Assembly (NCBI GenBank): GCA_003693705.1
Contig: RBZT01000847.1
Coordinates: forward strand, 1-42,779
Direction of reading: 5' to 3'
Length of the DNA: 42,779 nucleotides
Source of the DNA: Polymyxa betae A26-41
Taxonomy: Eukaryota > Protista > Endomyxa: Phytomyxea
Numbering within the stretch: position 1 is the first letter of the stretch; each line of letters opens with the position of its first letter. The notes under the pieces were generated by a model that saw only the letters and a program-made list of their open reading frames with translations, searched no databases and was not told where the DNA came from. The position numbers were made by a program, and so were the translations under genes. Below, piece after piece: positions 10,740 through 22,590 of the stretch.

Positions 10740-12623
10740 GATTTTGCTTGTGCTATAGGCCTTGCAGGATTTTTTTTTTCAGAAATGAATACAAAGCATT
10801 GAAGGCATTTGATTCCTGTTCTTCTTGAAGTGGCCTTTCCGGGGCGGCAATTCCCCACAGACGCTCGGTGCGATTCATGCGTTAGGGCCAGCACACCCCA
10901 GCCCAGGGTTGTGTTATGTTACTGTTCGTTACCTCATGCGGAAACCCTTTTTCATGGAGCTTGTTCGTGTGCTGGTATCCATGACGTAAGGCGATCCTTG
11001 CACTATGATCCCTCCTTGGGGTGATCTGGGCGCCCCTTTTAGCTGACCGTCGTGTTCCAATGCCAGGGTGAGGGCAGATTGTTACCTGCAATTTGTTCTG
11101 TGCTGTGATATGCAGTTACGTTTTACTCTGAAGCATCTCTGTATTGTGACTCGCCCTCATCGGGTTAAGAATCGGCGATTTCAAGATATCGTGCGAACAA
11201 GTTCAATACGTTCCCGATTTCCTCTTTGGAGAAAGGGCTTTCTAAAGCTAGTCTCCCTTGCGGAGAACTCGGCCAATGTTTTATTCATTCTTTGGATTAC
11301 GCAAAAGCCGTCAGCCTGTTTCTTTATTATCTCTGTTGTACTTGGAGCACCCTCATAGAACATTGAAAGAGTTGCGGAACACCTCCAGCATTTGGGTCGT
11401 GATCGCCTTGTCAGGCTTGCATTGCCAATAACCATGTTTCTCCGGCGCCCTCGAAGTAAACTGTAAAAGAGATTGAAAGAATCTATAGAACAATTTTATG
11501 GAATGAATGAATACTTAATATAAATCCTCAAACAAAATCAACTTTATAGGAACCTCAGATAGTGCGCCAAAAGCGGCTATCGAGGGACATCCGGGATTCG
11601 TAGTTCTTGAGAATCTTGTCCTCGAGTGAAATGGGATCTGATTGAGTGAATTTGGGAGTTCCTCGGAGTGCTGGCTTTCCGACCAGCTGCAACTTAATCG
11701 TGCAAAATCCATTCTGATCTACAAACGCGGCCATGCTTGCAAACAATCTGATTCCATCTCAATCGGTCTCACTTCGGCTGTTGAACGGGCTACGGCAATC
11801 GACTGACTAGAAAGGGCGTCGTTAAAGCCACCAAAGTGACTGTAACGACGACTAGCTCAACTTGCAAGAACTCTTCATTTGTTCGGCAGATATAAAAAGG
11901 GCGAGCTTAAAAGCCCTACAAGAATCGGGCACCCCTGATCTTAATGAGTAGAGACGCCCGAAATTCGTTTTGCCAAAAGTTGAATTCTACTTCCAGAATT
12001 ATAGCATTCCCATAATGCATCGAGATTCCCGTTCTTGCTTGCTTAGATTTAAATGCTCCCAAATATTCATAAAAGGCTCAACAAAATGACCGCCAATTCT
12101 ATTTCCTCTCCCATTTCATTACAGGAAAAACGAAAGCGATCACTCCCAATTGACAGAGGAGAATACAACCATATCAGCGACAGCCATTCTGCCGCATTGT
12201 AAGCCAACAAGACAGATGAGACATGGATGTACCCACTCAGAGAGACTGCAGAGCAATCCGGATTCCTCAACAGGATTTTCTTTCAATTAATTAGACAAAA
12301 ACATAATACTTCGGACGTTTCAAAGTGTAAAAGGCCATGATATCGTCATTCGCGGCTTGCTAAGATTCATCTTTCAAATCGTCAACGGCTTGCAGATTGT
12401 CATCTATCATCATAGCACCAAAATTAGCCGAAGTACTGTGGAGGATGTGTCGTTTCGTTGCCATGTTGGATGATAGTGCTCACGACATGCGTTAAGTCGC
12501 GGGACATGTCTGTGGCGCAACCCGCGCGTGACTCTGTCTGTTATCATCTGCTAAATTGCGTTACGCTGAAAGTTGCGGTTTGTCATCTTCCCTTGTTGGT
12601 TTGGGTCGTCATCGCTGCCAGCA

Positions 12624-15600
12624 ATGCATCCGTCGCGGCTAGCGAAGCTCGGCCCTGCTGCCGATCCCAGCAAGTTCTCGATCCCGTCAACGACCCAGGT
12701 CCGAACATCGGCTTCCGCTGTTGCTTCTCCGGCCGCTCCGGCCCCGGTCCAGCGACAGAATGTCCAACTGACGGCGCCGAGGAATTTTGACGCGCCTCCT
12801 CCCGGCGCTACGAGCCAATCATGGGCACTGGGAAGGGGCAGAGGCGGTCCTCCACCCAGCAGGAGACCAGCAGCAGCGCCAAGTCGATCGTTCGGACGAG
12901 GTGCACCGCGAGGCCCGCCGGCACCCTTCCGGGGCTCGTCGTCGTCCCGGGGTCCTCCACCGCCTTCTTTCACACCAGCCAGACCCTCTGGTCCTGTTCC
13001 TCAATCTGTTGTGAAGAGTGCTGCTGGAATCCATCCTGATCGTCTCAAAATGTTGGGAATTAAGGCGCCTGCTGCACCTCAGCCGACGTCTTCCGCCGAT
13101 TGGAATCCTGCAAGGAACCATCCGACCCAACAACAGCCGCCACCAAATTGGAATTCGGCGCCACAACCAACGTCTCAGCAATCTTCTGCTTCAGATTGGA
13201 ACTCAGCGCCTCAGCCTGCTCCTCAGCTATCTGCTTCTTCCGATTGGAGACCGGCTGGACTAGCCTCTCAAAGTAATTATTTCGGGTTCATGTTTGCATC
13301 TTTCGTAGATTTGTCTCGTTTCGTAACGTTTTTCTGTAAAGATCTTTTTTCTTGTAAAACTACATGAGCGACTTAAGATTGTTTGCTGCGGCGTTAGGTC
13401 AGAACAATGCTTCGCAAATGGCAAGCCGCAGCAGCAATGGCCAATCGTCTGATTGGGCACCAAGTTAGTCAAGGTCGAATTTCATCTATCACTCTTATCT
13501 GAATGTTGAAATTTAGATATGACAATGCCATCGCAGCCCGCTCCGAAACCTGCTCCTACCAGCAATCCGATTTTCAATGCTACACACCCACCGCCCAGCA
13601 ACAACAGAGCTGCGCCTGTTAACCATCAGGGATTTACCGGTCAAGCGGTGTTGGTTAACGGTTCTTCTGCTTCGTCACAATATCAGTCGTCTCAGAAGCA
13701 AGAGTCTTATCAACCTTTCGGGTTCACCTCGTTCAGCATCAATGGAAAATCGGATTCCAAACCTTCTGATTGTAATTCTTTTTTCCTCTTGCTTGGTTTT
13801 TATTCCCACTTTATTCAGAATGATTTTAAACGGGATTTCCAATTTTTCTACTCAGATTTCTGTGCATTCTCGAGTTTCTTCATTTGGTCCAATTTGGTTG
13901 AGAACAGCTTTCATTCTTATCTTTCTCCTTAGCTCGTCCGACCTCGAATACCTGGGATAGCAAACCCGCACCGAATTCGGTCACATTCGACAGCCAGCAT
14001 GCTGCACAAGTTTCCAGCCGACCTGCCAGCCAGCCGCCTGCACAAATCAGATCCCAAGAGCAGTCCGCTCCTCAACAAAGTCGGCTGTGTTTCTTCTGTT
14101 AGTTTGCGGTCTGTAATTTTTTTCTATCAGGTGCTGCTAACAGATTTGATTCTGCGTCGAAGCCGTTGCCGACTTCCGGATGGGATTCACCGCCTCCTCA
14201 GCAGGCCACTCCATCGTTTCGACCAGCACCTCAGATTACTAATCAAAAAGACGATCGGGAACCGGCGATGGCGTCAGCTCCTTCCAAATCTGCTTCTAAA
14301 CCTGCTCAGCCTGCGCGTCATTCTACTTCAAAAGAGAATGCTTCCGAACCGACTCTATCATTCGAAACCAGCTCAGCTTCGGTTCTTCCTTCCGATCCGA
14401 AGCCCCAGCCCACGATCAGTTTCGCAACCAGCTCCGGTTCGATTTTGCCCAAGCAAAAACTTGGCAGCTCTCTGAAGATCACCGCGATTTTCGACCGAAC
14501 TGACGTTGTCGAACGCCGCATTGTCGTCCAGCAGGAAGCTCCACCACAACCTTCATCGCTCTCTGCGCTATTCACCAGCTCTGAAAAGTCTGCTAATGGC
14601 AAGCCTGATAGAGACGACAGCAACTGGGACAATCAATCTGAATATGGTGCGCTGTCTTTATTGTTTTCGTACAATTTGCAATTTTCATGCATTTCTTTGG
14701 CCCTTGTTTGAACATTGTTCTCGTGGTTTTTTATTTGCTATTTTCGTTCATTTGAATTGTATCTGCTCATTTTCATTGCTTTTGCAGATTGGGACTCTTC
14801 TAGGCCAGCATCGGCCAGATCCAGCGCACCTTCGCCATCTCCGAAACCAGCTGAAAAGCCAGTCTTAACTACCCAATGGTCAAAGGTGATCGATCAGCAT
14901 TCCGGCTGGTCGGCTCCTCCGCCGCCTCCGACTGTTGAGAAACCGGCGCCCAAACCACAACCACCTGCTCCTGTCGATCAGTGGAATACCGGCCCGCCTC
15001 AGGCTCGAGCACCTTCCGCCGAACAGGATGATGGTGGATGGTCATCATCATCGTCGCCCCTAATCTCCAGGGAGTCACCGCCGCGTAATGGCACTTCGGG
15101 AGCTTCATCGTCAAATGGAAGCTCCAATGGTGCATCGCAACCTGTCAACTCTGCCAGAAGCAATGTGTTACCTGCTAACCAGTCTTCACACGCCCGTGTT
15201 CACCAACCAACATATTCTTCTCAGGTTGGTTTTCTCTTTCTGTTTTCTCCTGATCGGTTTGCTTACAGCTTTACGTTTGCTTGTTATTTCAAAATTGACA
15301 AATGACTCTTAGGCTTCATCTGTCGCCTCGAAAGCTCCAATTAGCCACAATGGAAACTCGGCTGTCGCTTCGAAAACCTCAGCAAGCAACTTTGACAGCT
15401 CGGGCTGGGGATCGCTACCCACTCAAGCCTCTTCCACTCCGTCACGAACAAGTAAACCTGGAGCTTCGAGCACTTCGAGATTCCAACAACAGCTACGACA
15501 AAGCTATCAGTTGCAAGTTTCAAGCTCCGGCGGCTGGGAGAGTGATAACGAAGATGAAAATCCGTCTCAGATTGTCGCCCAACTGCAATCTGTTAGGAAG

Positions 15601-15630
15601 ACTGCCTTTGGTGTCAGCTCCCCCGTTTAG
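12624..15630 (+). CDS. Intrinsically disordered Pro/Ser/Gln-rich protein with ~16 spaced Trp motifs (GW/DW/NW) and N-terminal HPSR/HPDR and RG motifs, ~795 aa, 7 exons
   Basis: Exons 12624-13272, 13398-13463, 13517-13771, 13933-14079, 14131-14646, 14788-15224 and 15313-15630 join in frame (2388 nt) via GT-AG introns. Confidence 0.8.
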
Positions 15631-15879
15631 GTGCTTTCTCCAGCGTTCCTATTCCCATCTATTCATTCAGACAATTGACACCCATTCATTTTCCCATAGT
15701 AATTATACACTTTATCTTTATTGTTTGCAATCAACTATCGTTATCATTTGCAATCACTGTTTAGTTCTTTTCCAGATCTTAACTAACTCATCATGAATGA
15801 TGTACTTCAGTTGATGGTAAACCTGAGCTTTTGAAAGGTTTTGTGTCTGTATTGATAGTTCCTTTCGGGTTCATAAGAA

Positions 15880-16457
15880 TCACTGGGTCTCAGAGGACAA
15901 TTGCAAATCGGAATCGGATAGATCAGCAAAGCTGGCGTCCAGCCTGAACCCACAATGGAAGCAGAAATTACACTGAAGGTCGTAACCAGCGCTCATGCAC
16001 TGCTCGCACGTAATCGAGAACAAGGGCTTGTGCAGCGGAATCCCGCATTGGATACAGTTTCGAACTTCAATTGGATAATGACATTTTGGACAATTCATGT
16101 TGAATCCCGGCCTACAGCAATCGTTTGAGGAGAAATTCGAAATGAATTAACCAAAGTGCCAGAAAAGCTTCGAAATTCGGTGAATCGTAGACATTACATA
16201 ATGCCGTTGAAGAAATCCTCACGAATGGCGCTGATCGATGGCGAAAATTCTCGTAAGCAGTCGCTACAGCTGCGACTTCGTTCTCTGTGATTTTCGATTT
16301 CCGTCGAGCTGCTACTGGAGCTGTCGTTCGGATCCTGACTTGGCACTTGGATTAGGCGATGGACGGGAGCTTCGGCCTGGCAAAGCCCTTGCACTGCCTG
16401 TGCCGATAGAATCCCATAACGCAAGCTATTTCCCTGAGGATGACCTTCCAACGACAT
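15880..16457 (-). CDS. Zinc-ribbon (double-zinc-ribbon-like) protein, ~163 aa, 2 exons (16457-16198, 16111-15880); start uncertain
   Basis: CSDC, CPKC, CIQCG, CEQC and CNFCFHCG motifs; phase-2 GT-AG intron. Confidence 0.65.
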
Positions 16458-16762
16458 CAGATGTCTGAATTCTGGCAGTCTCGAACATCGCGAATTGTTC
16501 CTGACCACTCATCCATAAACAGGAAATTTTGTTAGAAATCTGCAATTCTCGAGCCATTTTTGTTGCTATTCTCTGTTTGCCGAGCTTTATAAGCCAAGAT
16601 AAGTGATGACTCAGGAATCTTGTAGTGTGTGAGGCGTTCCATACCTGTATGGTGATAATCGGTGGTTTATAGATTGGCCGCGATTCGGACCATACACAAA
16701 TATTGGTGAATGGAAGCTCGGCAGGTAGACGATGAGATCCGCCAATCGGCCAAACTCTACAA

Positions 16763-17290
16763 ATGGATGACAGAACCGACGATTGGCATTCGCTGTCGAG
16801 CTTCGTGAGCCCACCGCCCTCGCCCAACATCTGGGAATGGGACTCGCCGACGCCCGACTTTACCAGCAAACAGGACGTCCTGCCGGCAGAGCCGCCCGAT
16901 TGGGCTCAAGAAGGATTCCTGGCAATGGCTCGGCAGCATACCGGTTACGAGAACTCCATCTCACGAATCAGAAATTCGATGATGAAGTCGGAGGATTATA
17001 TCGAGGTGATTCGTAAGGAGGAGCCCGGGCTCGGGGCGATTCCTGATTTCGCCCCGAGCGTGTATCGGATGCCATACTGGCGCCAGACCCCCATGGTCGG
17101 AAGCAGTCCCTTCGAGTATCAGCTCGAATACCCGAAGACGATCAAGGCGCTGGCCCAGATCGGCGCCGATCTCATCCTGGATCTGTCCGTCTTTTACAAT
17201 GACACTTTCCTGATTCAGCCTGGAAATTCCCTAGAGATACAGCGATGCAAACTGGCCAGATTCATGGGGCTTGCCGAAACGCCTCAGTAA
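16763..17290 (+). CDS. Intronless hypothetical protein, 175 aa, with C-terminus resembling the Mug135-like C-terminal domain
   Basis: Clean ATG-TAA ORF followed by AATAAA. C-terminal YPKTIKAL..L..FY....GNSLEIQRCKLARFMGL resembles the Mug135_C pattern (recalled, not searched). Confidence 0.6.
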   Translation: MDDRTDDWHSLSSFVSPPPSPNIWEWDSPTPDFTSKQDVLPAEPPDWAQEGFLAMARQHTGYENSISRIRNSMMKSEDYIEVIRKEEPGLGAIPDFAPSVYRMPYWRQTPMVGSSPFEYQLEYPKTIKALAQIGADLILDLSVFYNDTFLIQPGNSLEIQRCKLARFMGLAETPQ

Positions 17291-17663
17291 TAAACCAAAA
17301 CCAAAACACCCTTTGGCAATACAGTCAGCTTCGTAAAAAATGATGCCAATAGTCAGTGCTCAGTGTAAAAAACATTCAAACTCCCGCGCATTTGTTTTTG
17401 ACTTTCATTAAATCCCTAGACACAGCTCTCCCTTTCAGTAACTTGTTTTCGTAGGAGCCGAAAAGTGAGTGTTATGTTCACCTTTGCGTAAAAGGAAAAT
17501 AATGTGTTTCCTGATTTTCAAGTAACGCAGTTTCTCACTTTAGCACTTTAACGAACTTGCGAAAGGCGCGTCATAGGGCACAGCCTGGCTTTCGAACTGG
17601 AAAGCATCAAAACCTGCTTTAGGGTAGGCAGAGATCTGAGAGTTGGGAGAGAGCGGTTTGATC

Positions 17664-18094
17664 ATGTCGAAGGCGAACGACTTCACTGCTGCGGTCGCCT
17701 ACGTCCAAAGCCTGCCAAAGAACGGCAAAGTCCAGCCATCGAATTCAGCTAAGCTCTCGTTCTATGCTCTCTATAAGCAGGCTACCCAGGGTCCCAATAA
17801 AGACCCGGCTCCGTCTCGCCTGAAAATTATCGAAAAAGCGAAATGTAAATAGAATTTTGGAGGTTTTGCTTTATGTTGATGTTGTCAAAAGAACTTTCAA
17901 ATTGCTTTGTCTCGACAAGTTGATAAGATTTGAGTCTCTCTTGGATATTTTCCAATACTATCTTGTTAGGGGATGCCTGGAAGAAACTGGGCAACTTGTC
18001 AAAAGACGACGCCAAGAAGAAGTATATTGAAGAATTGGCCAAAGTCGATCCGAACTGGAAAATTGGCCAAGACAAGCTGCGATCCAAACTGTAA
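17664..18094 (+). CDS. ACBP: Acyl-CoA-binding protein, 101 aa, 2 exons (17664-17844, 17970-18094), ending in SKL
   Basis: FTAAVAYVQSLP..KLSFYALYKQATQG..KAK|WDAWKKLGNLSKDDAKKKYIEEL..LRSKL*. Confidence 0.92.
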
Positions 18095-18857
18095 TATATA
18101 GAGACCAAATATTGGAATCTCATCTTACATGAACTGAGATGACTTCAACCACCTCGAAATGGATCCTCATTGTACCCATCCACTCTCAATCGGTAGTCTC
18201 GGATTAACGCTCAGCTCGCGTCCATTCACTTCATGCATTCTGGTCCCGATCGCTGTTCGCATTTCGGCTCCAGGTCGTACTGGTTCTGGGCAGGCCGTCG
18301 TTCGACGTCGCGCTCTTTCGTGACATCTTGTTTCGCCAGAATTCAGTTGCTTCTGCAGTCGCCGGACCCGAGGGCAATACCGTTAACCGTCCGGTTCTGA
18401 CGGGCAAGCACTGCCCCTTGGGGGGTCGTACTGCACCCCATTGGAGGCTATTGTTTTCAAGTGATGATGTGTTGTCTATGGAGGCGCACCGACGCGAAAG
18501 ACTTGCGCCGTTCCACGTCGTCGAGCAATCCGACGTTTTGATATATTCGAGAAATCTCTCTGTATCAATGGTAGAAATGACTGTTAGGGTTTAGGGTTTG
18601 CTAATTGTCTATGACTATCACTGAAAGCCTCCATCGATCGCATACAGCGTTGGTGTCAAGAAAGGATGCCTTTTCAGCGGAGAGTGCAGCCGCCGCCCAC
18701 CCATCGCATCATTCGCATGCCGGGGCGGGCGGTGGGTACTGACCCATCAGCATGAAGGGGGGGAACCCGCTTGGATGGATTGATCCCGGGCGAACATTCC
18801 ATATATGGGCGTCCAGTTCCGTTCCCCACATTGTCTTTCCGATTTTCAATCCCTAAC

Positions 18858-19118
18858 ATGAACGCCGTCGCTCTGATCCTCACCATCGTCGTACTGGCCC
18901 TGGCCGTCGTCATGCACCCGGCGCAGGCCGAACAATTTCCGACGCCGCTGCCTTCTACCACCGACGCGGCTGCTGGCCTGGCTGAAGGTTCGCTATTAAA
19001 TGTAACATAGACAGTGTCACTGGATCTGACTGCGATTATGTTACGCAGACGAGTCGGGCCAGTGTCCGGACAACACCTACACCAAGCTGATGGCCCGAGT
19101 GATCCTGAATATTCTGTG
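18858..19118 (+). CDS. Small secreted protein (~61-66 aa, 2 exons; donor site ambiguous)
   Basis: MNAVALILTIVVLALAVVMHPAQA signal peptide with an AQA cleavage site; acceptor ttacgcag at 19048. Confidence 0.6.
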
Positions 19119-19438
19119 ACCAAGTTCGATGGCAGCCGGTCGTACCCTCCTTTAGTAAATGCGCGGTGATTGCGACCAGGAGTTTCAAGTGCCACGAATC
19201 AACCTGCGGAGCTCTTTTAATTTCACGACTCTCTTCCATCAATACACGATTATAATATTTGACCTACTAGACGCGGCCTTTATACTTGAGCGATCTCGGA
19301 ACACGAACGGAATTTTTTTTCAAAACTTTTTTGCGAACAAAATGATCGCCTTCGATCGTCAATCAAACAAAAATTGCGGATCGCTGCCCGGAGAATTTCC
19401 GAGAATCCGCCTTCATCATAAAGCAGAACGGCGCCGTC

Positions 19439-19924
19439 ATGAACTCGTTCCTCGTCGTCGTTCTCCTGGCCGCACCCGCCCTCGCCGCCGCCAACATCAA
19501 CACGAAGCTGTGCCTGCGACGGCCTCACTCATCGCCCGCTTTTCTCGGTTTTTCGATTCCGTCGTCTGAAACCAGATTTTACTGATTTTATGATATAGAG
19601 CAGCTGCGATCACAAAGTCCGTCGATGCGATGGCGTTCGGAACTGCTGCTCGCGGTCCTGGTCGCTGTCAGGTGCATATTAGGGTTTGTGCTGTATTCGA
19701 GACGGTCGAATGGGTTCTGGTCGCTGCACGCCTGGAGCGGTTATCTGATCTATTTGGCGCTCTCCTGGAAATCCGTCGTCACGTTTGCCAGCCGATATCG
19801 TTACAATCTTCCCATATTGGAACTGCTGATCTATATATGCAGCGTCCAATGTATAAAAGGAATTGTGGCTATCGAGAGAACTGCTCTCGATTTGATCCTC
19901 GGCCTTTGTAATCGACTTCAATAA
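19439..19924 (+). CDS. Putative small secreted protein (exon structure uncertain)
   Basis: ATG at 19439 gives MNSFLVVVLLAAPALAAA (signal-peptide-like, GC3-rich). Intron-like AT tract ends gatatag at 19598; downstream frame ambiguous. Confidence 0.45.
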
Positions 19925-20504
19925 GAATTTTTTGGCTCTCTAAAACTTTAATTTATCGATCATTGATATTCGCAGTAATTATGGGAAAGGCATTCCTACG
20001 TAGTATTATTCGGTTTAAGTGGTCTTCAGATCGCTGATTTATTTGAGGACGCAAACGGTGGAGACCAGATAACAACTGGCTTATTTGGGATCCCATCTGG
20101 TAGCATTGTTCGAGCTGGGTCATGGAATATGCTGCCAGCTCTCGGAGATTCGGTATGCGGTGTGCAAACCCTAAACCCTAGAATTCTAGATCTCGACTTC
20201 ACTTTAAATATTCTCATTATTTCGAACTCATCTTATCGTCTTCAGAATTCAACTTTATCATGTTGTTTACAGACAGAAAAAGTAATCTAATAATAGTAAC
20301 ATAATATACAAAGTCAGCAAAATTCTTTTTACTAAACTCCGAAATCATTGTTTTTCAAGTTATTCAAAAAAAGGTAAAAAAAGCAATCAAATTGTTAAGG
20401 AAATCAGTTGAAATTAACCTGGGCCAGCATCTGCCCCCGTCCCGACTCTGGCAGATTGCGCTGCGCGCTGCAATCAAGACTCGCTCAGTCTGGCGTCCAC
20501 TGCA

Positions 20505-21170
20505 AATGGCTCGAATTGATACTCCTGCTGGACGCTCGTCGATCGCTCGTAAAAAATTTGAAGATTCTCATGGGAGGACCAGTAACGTTTGGCTGGCAGA
20601 GGTTCGATATCCGCGAGATTCCTGTCAATGTGATGCAGTAATATGCGATGATTTGATAAGAGGGCAGCTACTACTAGGCCACGGAGTTTGCACAATACCG
20701 AAGATTCTCGAGTCGCACGCGCAACTTAGCGACTCCGTGGTCTGACAAGTGTACGACCAGTCGGACAACTTATCTGGTTCGTAATAGGTACTGGTTCACA
20801 GACATGTTGTTATCGGTCGAAAGAACCTAACCCCAATGTAACGTGGACATTCGTGTTTCAACCTCAGTCTTACGTTTCTGTATACAGCCTATCAATTGTC
20901 ACAGTGCTGGAAGGCGACCAATGCGCTCTTTCGGATTTCTTGGTGATTTGTCCGTGCGGCATGACAGCTATAGCGCTCTCGGGCATGGATTCGGTCATTT
21001 CTATGATTTCCAATAATGATGGCATGTTTAGTAGTGATGGCCATTTCTATACGTTGAAGAATACAGAAATTTCGATTCATCAACGAAGATTGGTGGATGG
21101 TGAGCGTTCATTGATGGCACGTTGCAGATCAGAAATTTAACTCGCCGCAGAATTTGGAGCAATGCTTCTA
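20505..21170 (+). CDS. Possible multi-exon hypothetical gene or relic
   Basis: Short ORFs separated by intron-like GT..AG segments; no recognisable domain. Confidence 0.25.
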
Positions 21171-21793
21171 ACTACCAGGACGTTTCTGTGCCCGCACATT
21201 GCAACACATTTACGGAATTCATCATTTATTTGAACATTGAATAAAAAAGATTGGTCATTTTAAAGGAATTCGGGTGGCAGCACACTGGCCAATTTTGCAA
21301 TTTGCATTGGCCATTTCAATTAACAAGCTCGCTATCAGGGCAATAATATTGAAAGCTGAGATAATCATTCATATCGTTCACAGGACCAAAAATAATGTTT
21401 GTCTCTCCAGCCAAGGAAATCTTATTCTTCATGTCTTAATAAAAATTGTTTGAAACCTATGGCCCTGACACCTCTATCAGGACCAGGACTATCCAGTTGA
21501 CGTTATCAGGATTGAAAGTACTCAAGCACAAAAACATGCTGCAAGCGTTTTTTAATAAAAGTAATGGAGCAGCTAACAGAAAGCAGTAGTACAAGATAGA
21601 AAAAAGGAATGGAGCGTGCGATATTCGAAATCGGCAAAGCATGCGTGATAACCAGCTACACTAACGCCCCAGATGTCTCGGAACAGAGTTGTCCATTCAG
21701 ATTAGTGCTGCAACAGAATAGAAAACATAACAATATCAACGGAGGTTTTTCTCTCCGACCATTGAATTTCTACAATTCTTCATCGGTGATACA

Positions 21794-22143
21794 ATGGAGA
21801 ATACTGCGAAACTTGAGGTGAAGCCACCGGCGCCTGGCGCCTTCAAAGTGCGTTTTGATCGGATGAATGCCTACCGACCACTCACTATTACCAAGACGCT
21901 GACATGCGCCCTTATTCTTGTCGGGGCATTCGGGGTCATCCTCATTCTAATAGGGATCGCCCTTATAATCTTCGGAGAACTTCATGGCCACTCGCCAGTT
22001 ACCCTGACGTAAGTAATGCTATGAGGGCTTAGGACGCCGGGAACTTAGATCGACGTCCTAGGTTTGCCTCAATTCTCGTGGCCCTCGGAATCGGCTTTAT
22101 GGCCATAATTCCCTTTAAAATTTTCCACCACCGGTTCGAATAA
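21794..22143 (+). CDS. Small two-transmembrane protein, 98 aa, 2 exons (21794-22008, 22062-22143)
   Basis: GTAAGT donor and phase-2 join; hydrophobic ALILVGAFGVILILIGIALIIF and FASILVALGIGFMAIIPF. Confidence 0.7.
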
Positions 22144-22590
22144 ATCGTCCTGAAACAACTCTTATATATATTTGGCTAGGAACCAAAAAGATTTATCCGG
22201 AATGCTACCAATATATTAGTTGGATCTCAAGAGTTAAAATATTCGTCTGCTTCTTGATAGGTCTTGAAAACTTATCAATTTCTAAATCTCTACGTTTCAC
22301 TTTGATTCTAAAAGTGTTCATATCTGTGATATGGATTTTCATTTTCTTATAGTTAGGGTTTTGTTCGCTTTTCTTTCAATCTTATTCCTTCAATTTTTTC
22401 TTTAGCTTCTGATCATCGCATTTGTGGCATATACTCGTATTATTCTTGAATTTATTTTCTGTTGAATTTCATTTGATTTGGGGGTTGGTGGATTCATTAT
22501 TAATTCTTAAAAAATGAAACTGATTTTAAGGAATAAAATTACATTTTGGATTTTTTTTAATTTTGATAATTTGGGAATTGGGAATTTGTA

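Noticed and set aside
10809-12270. Short ORFs and one intron-like segment (11461-11514)
   Set aside because: Could not build a consistent spliced reading frame; possibly UTR or relic.
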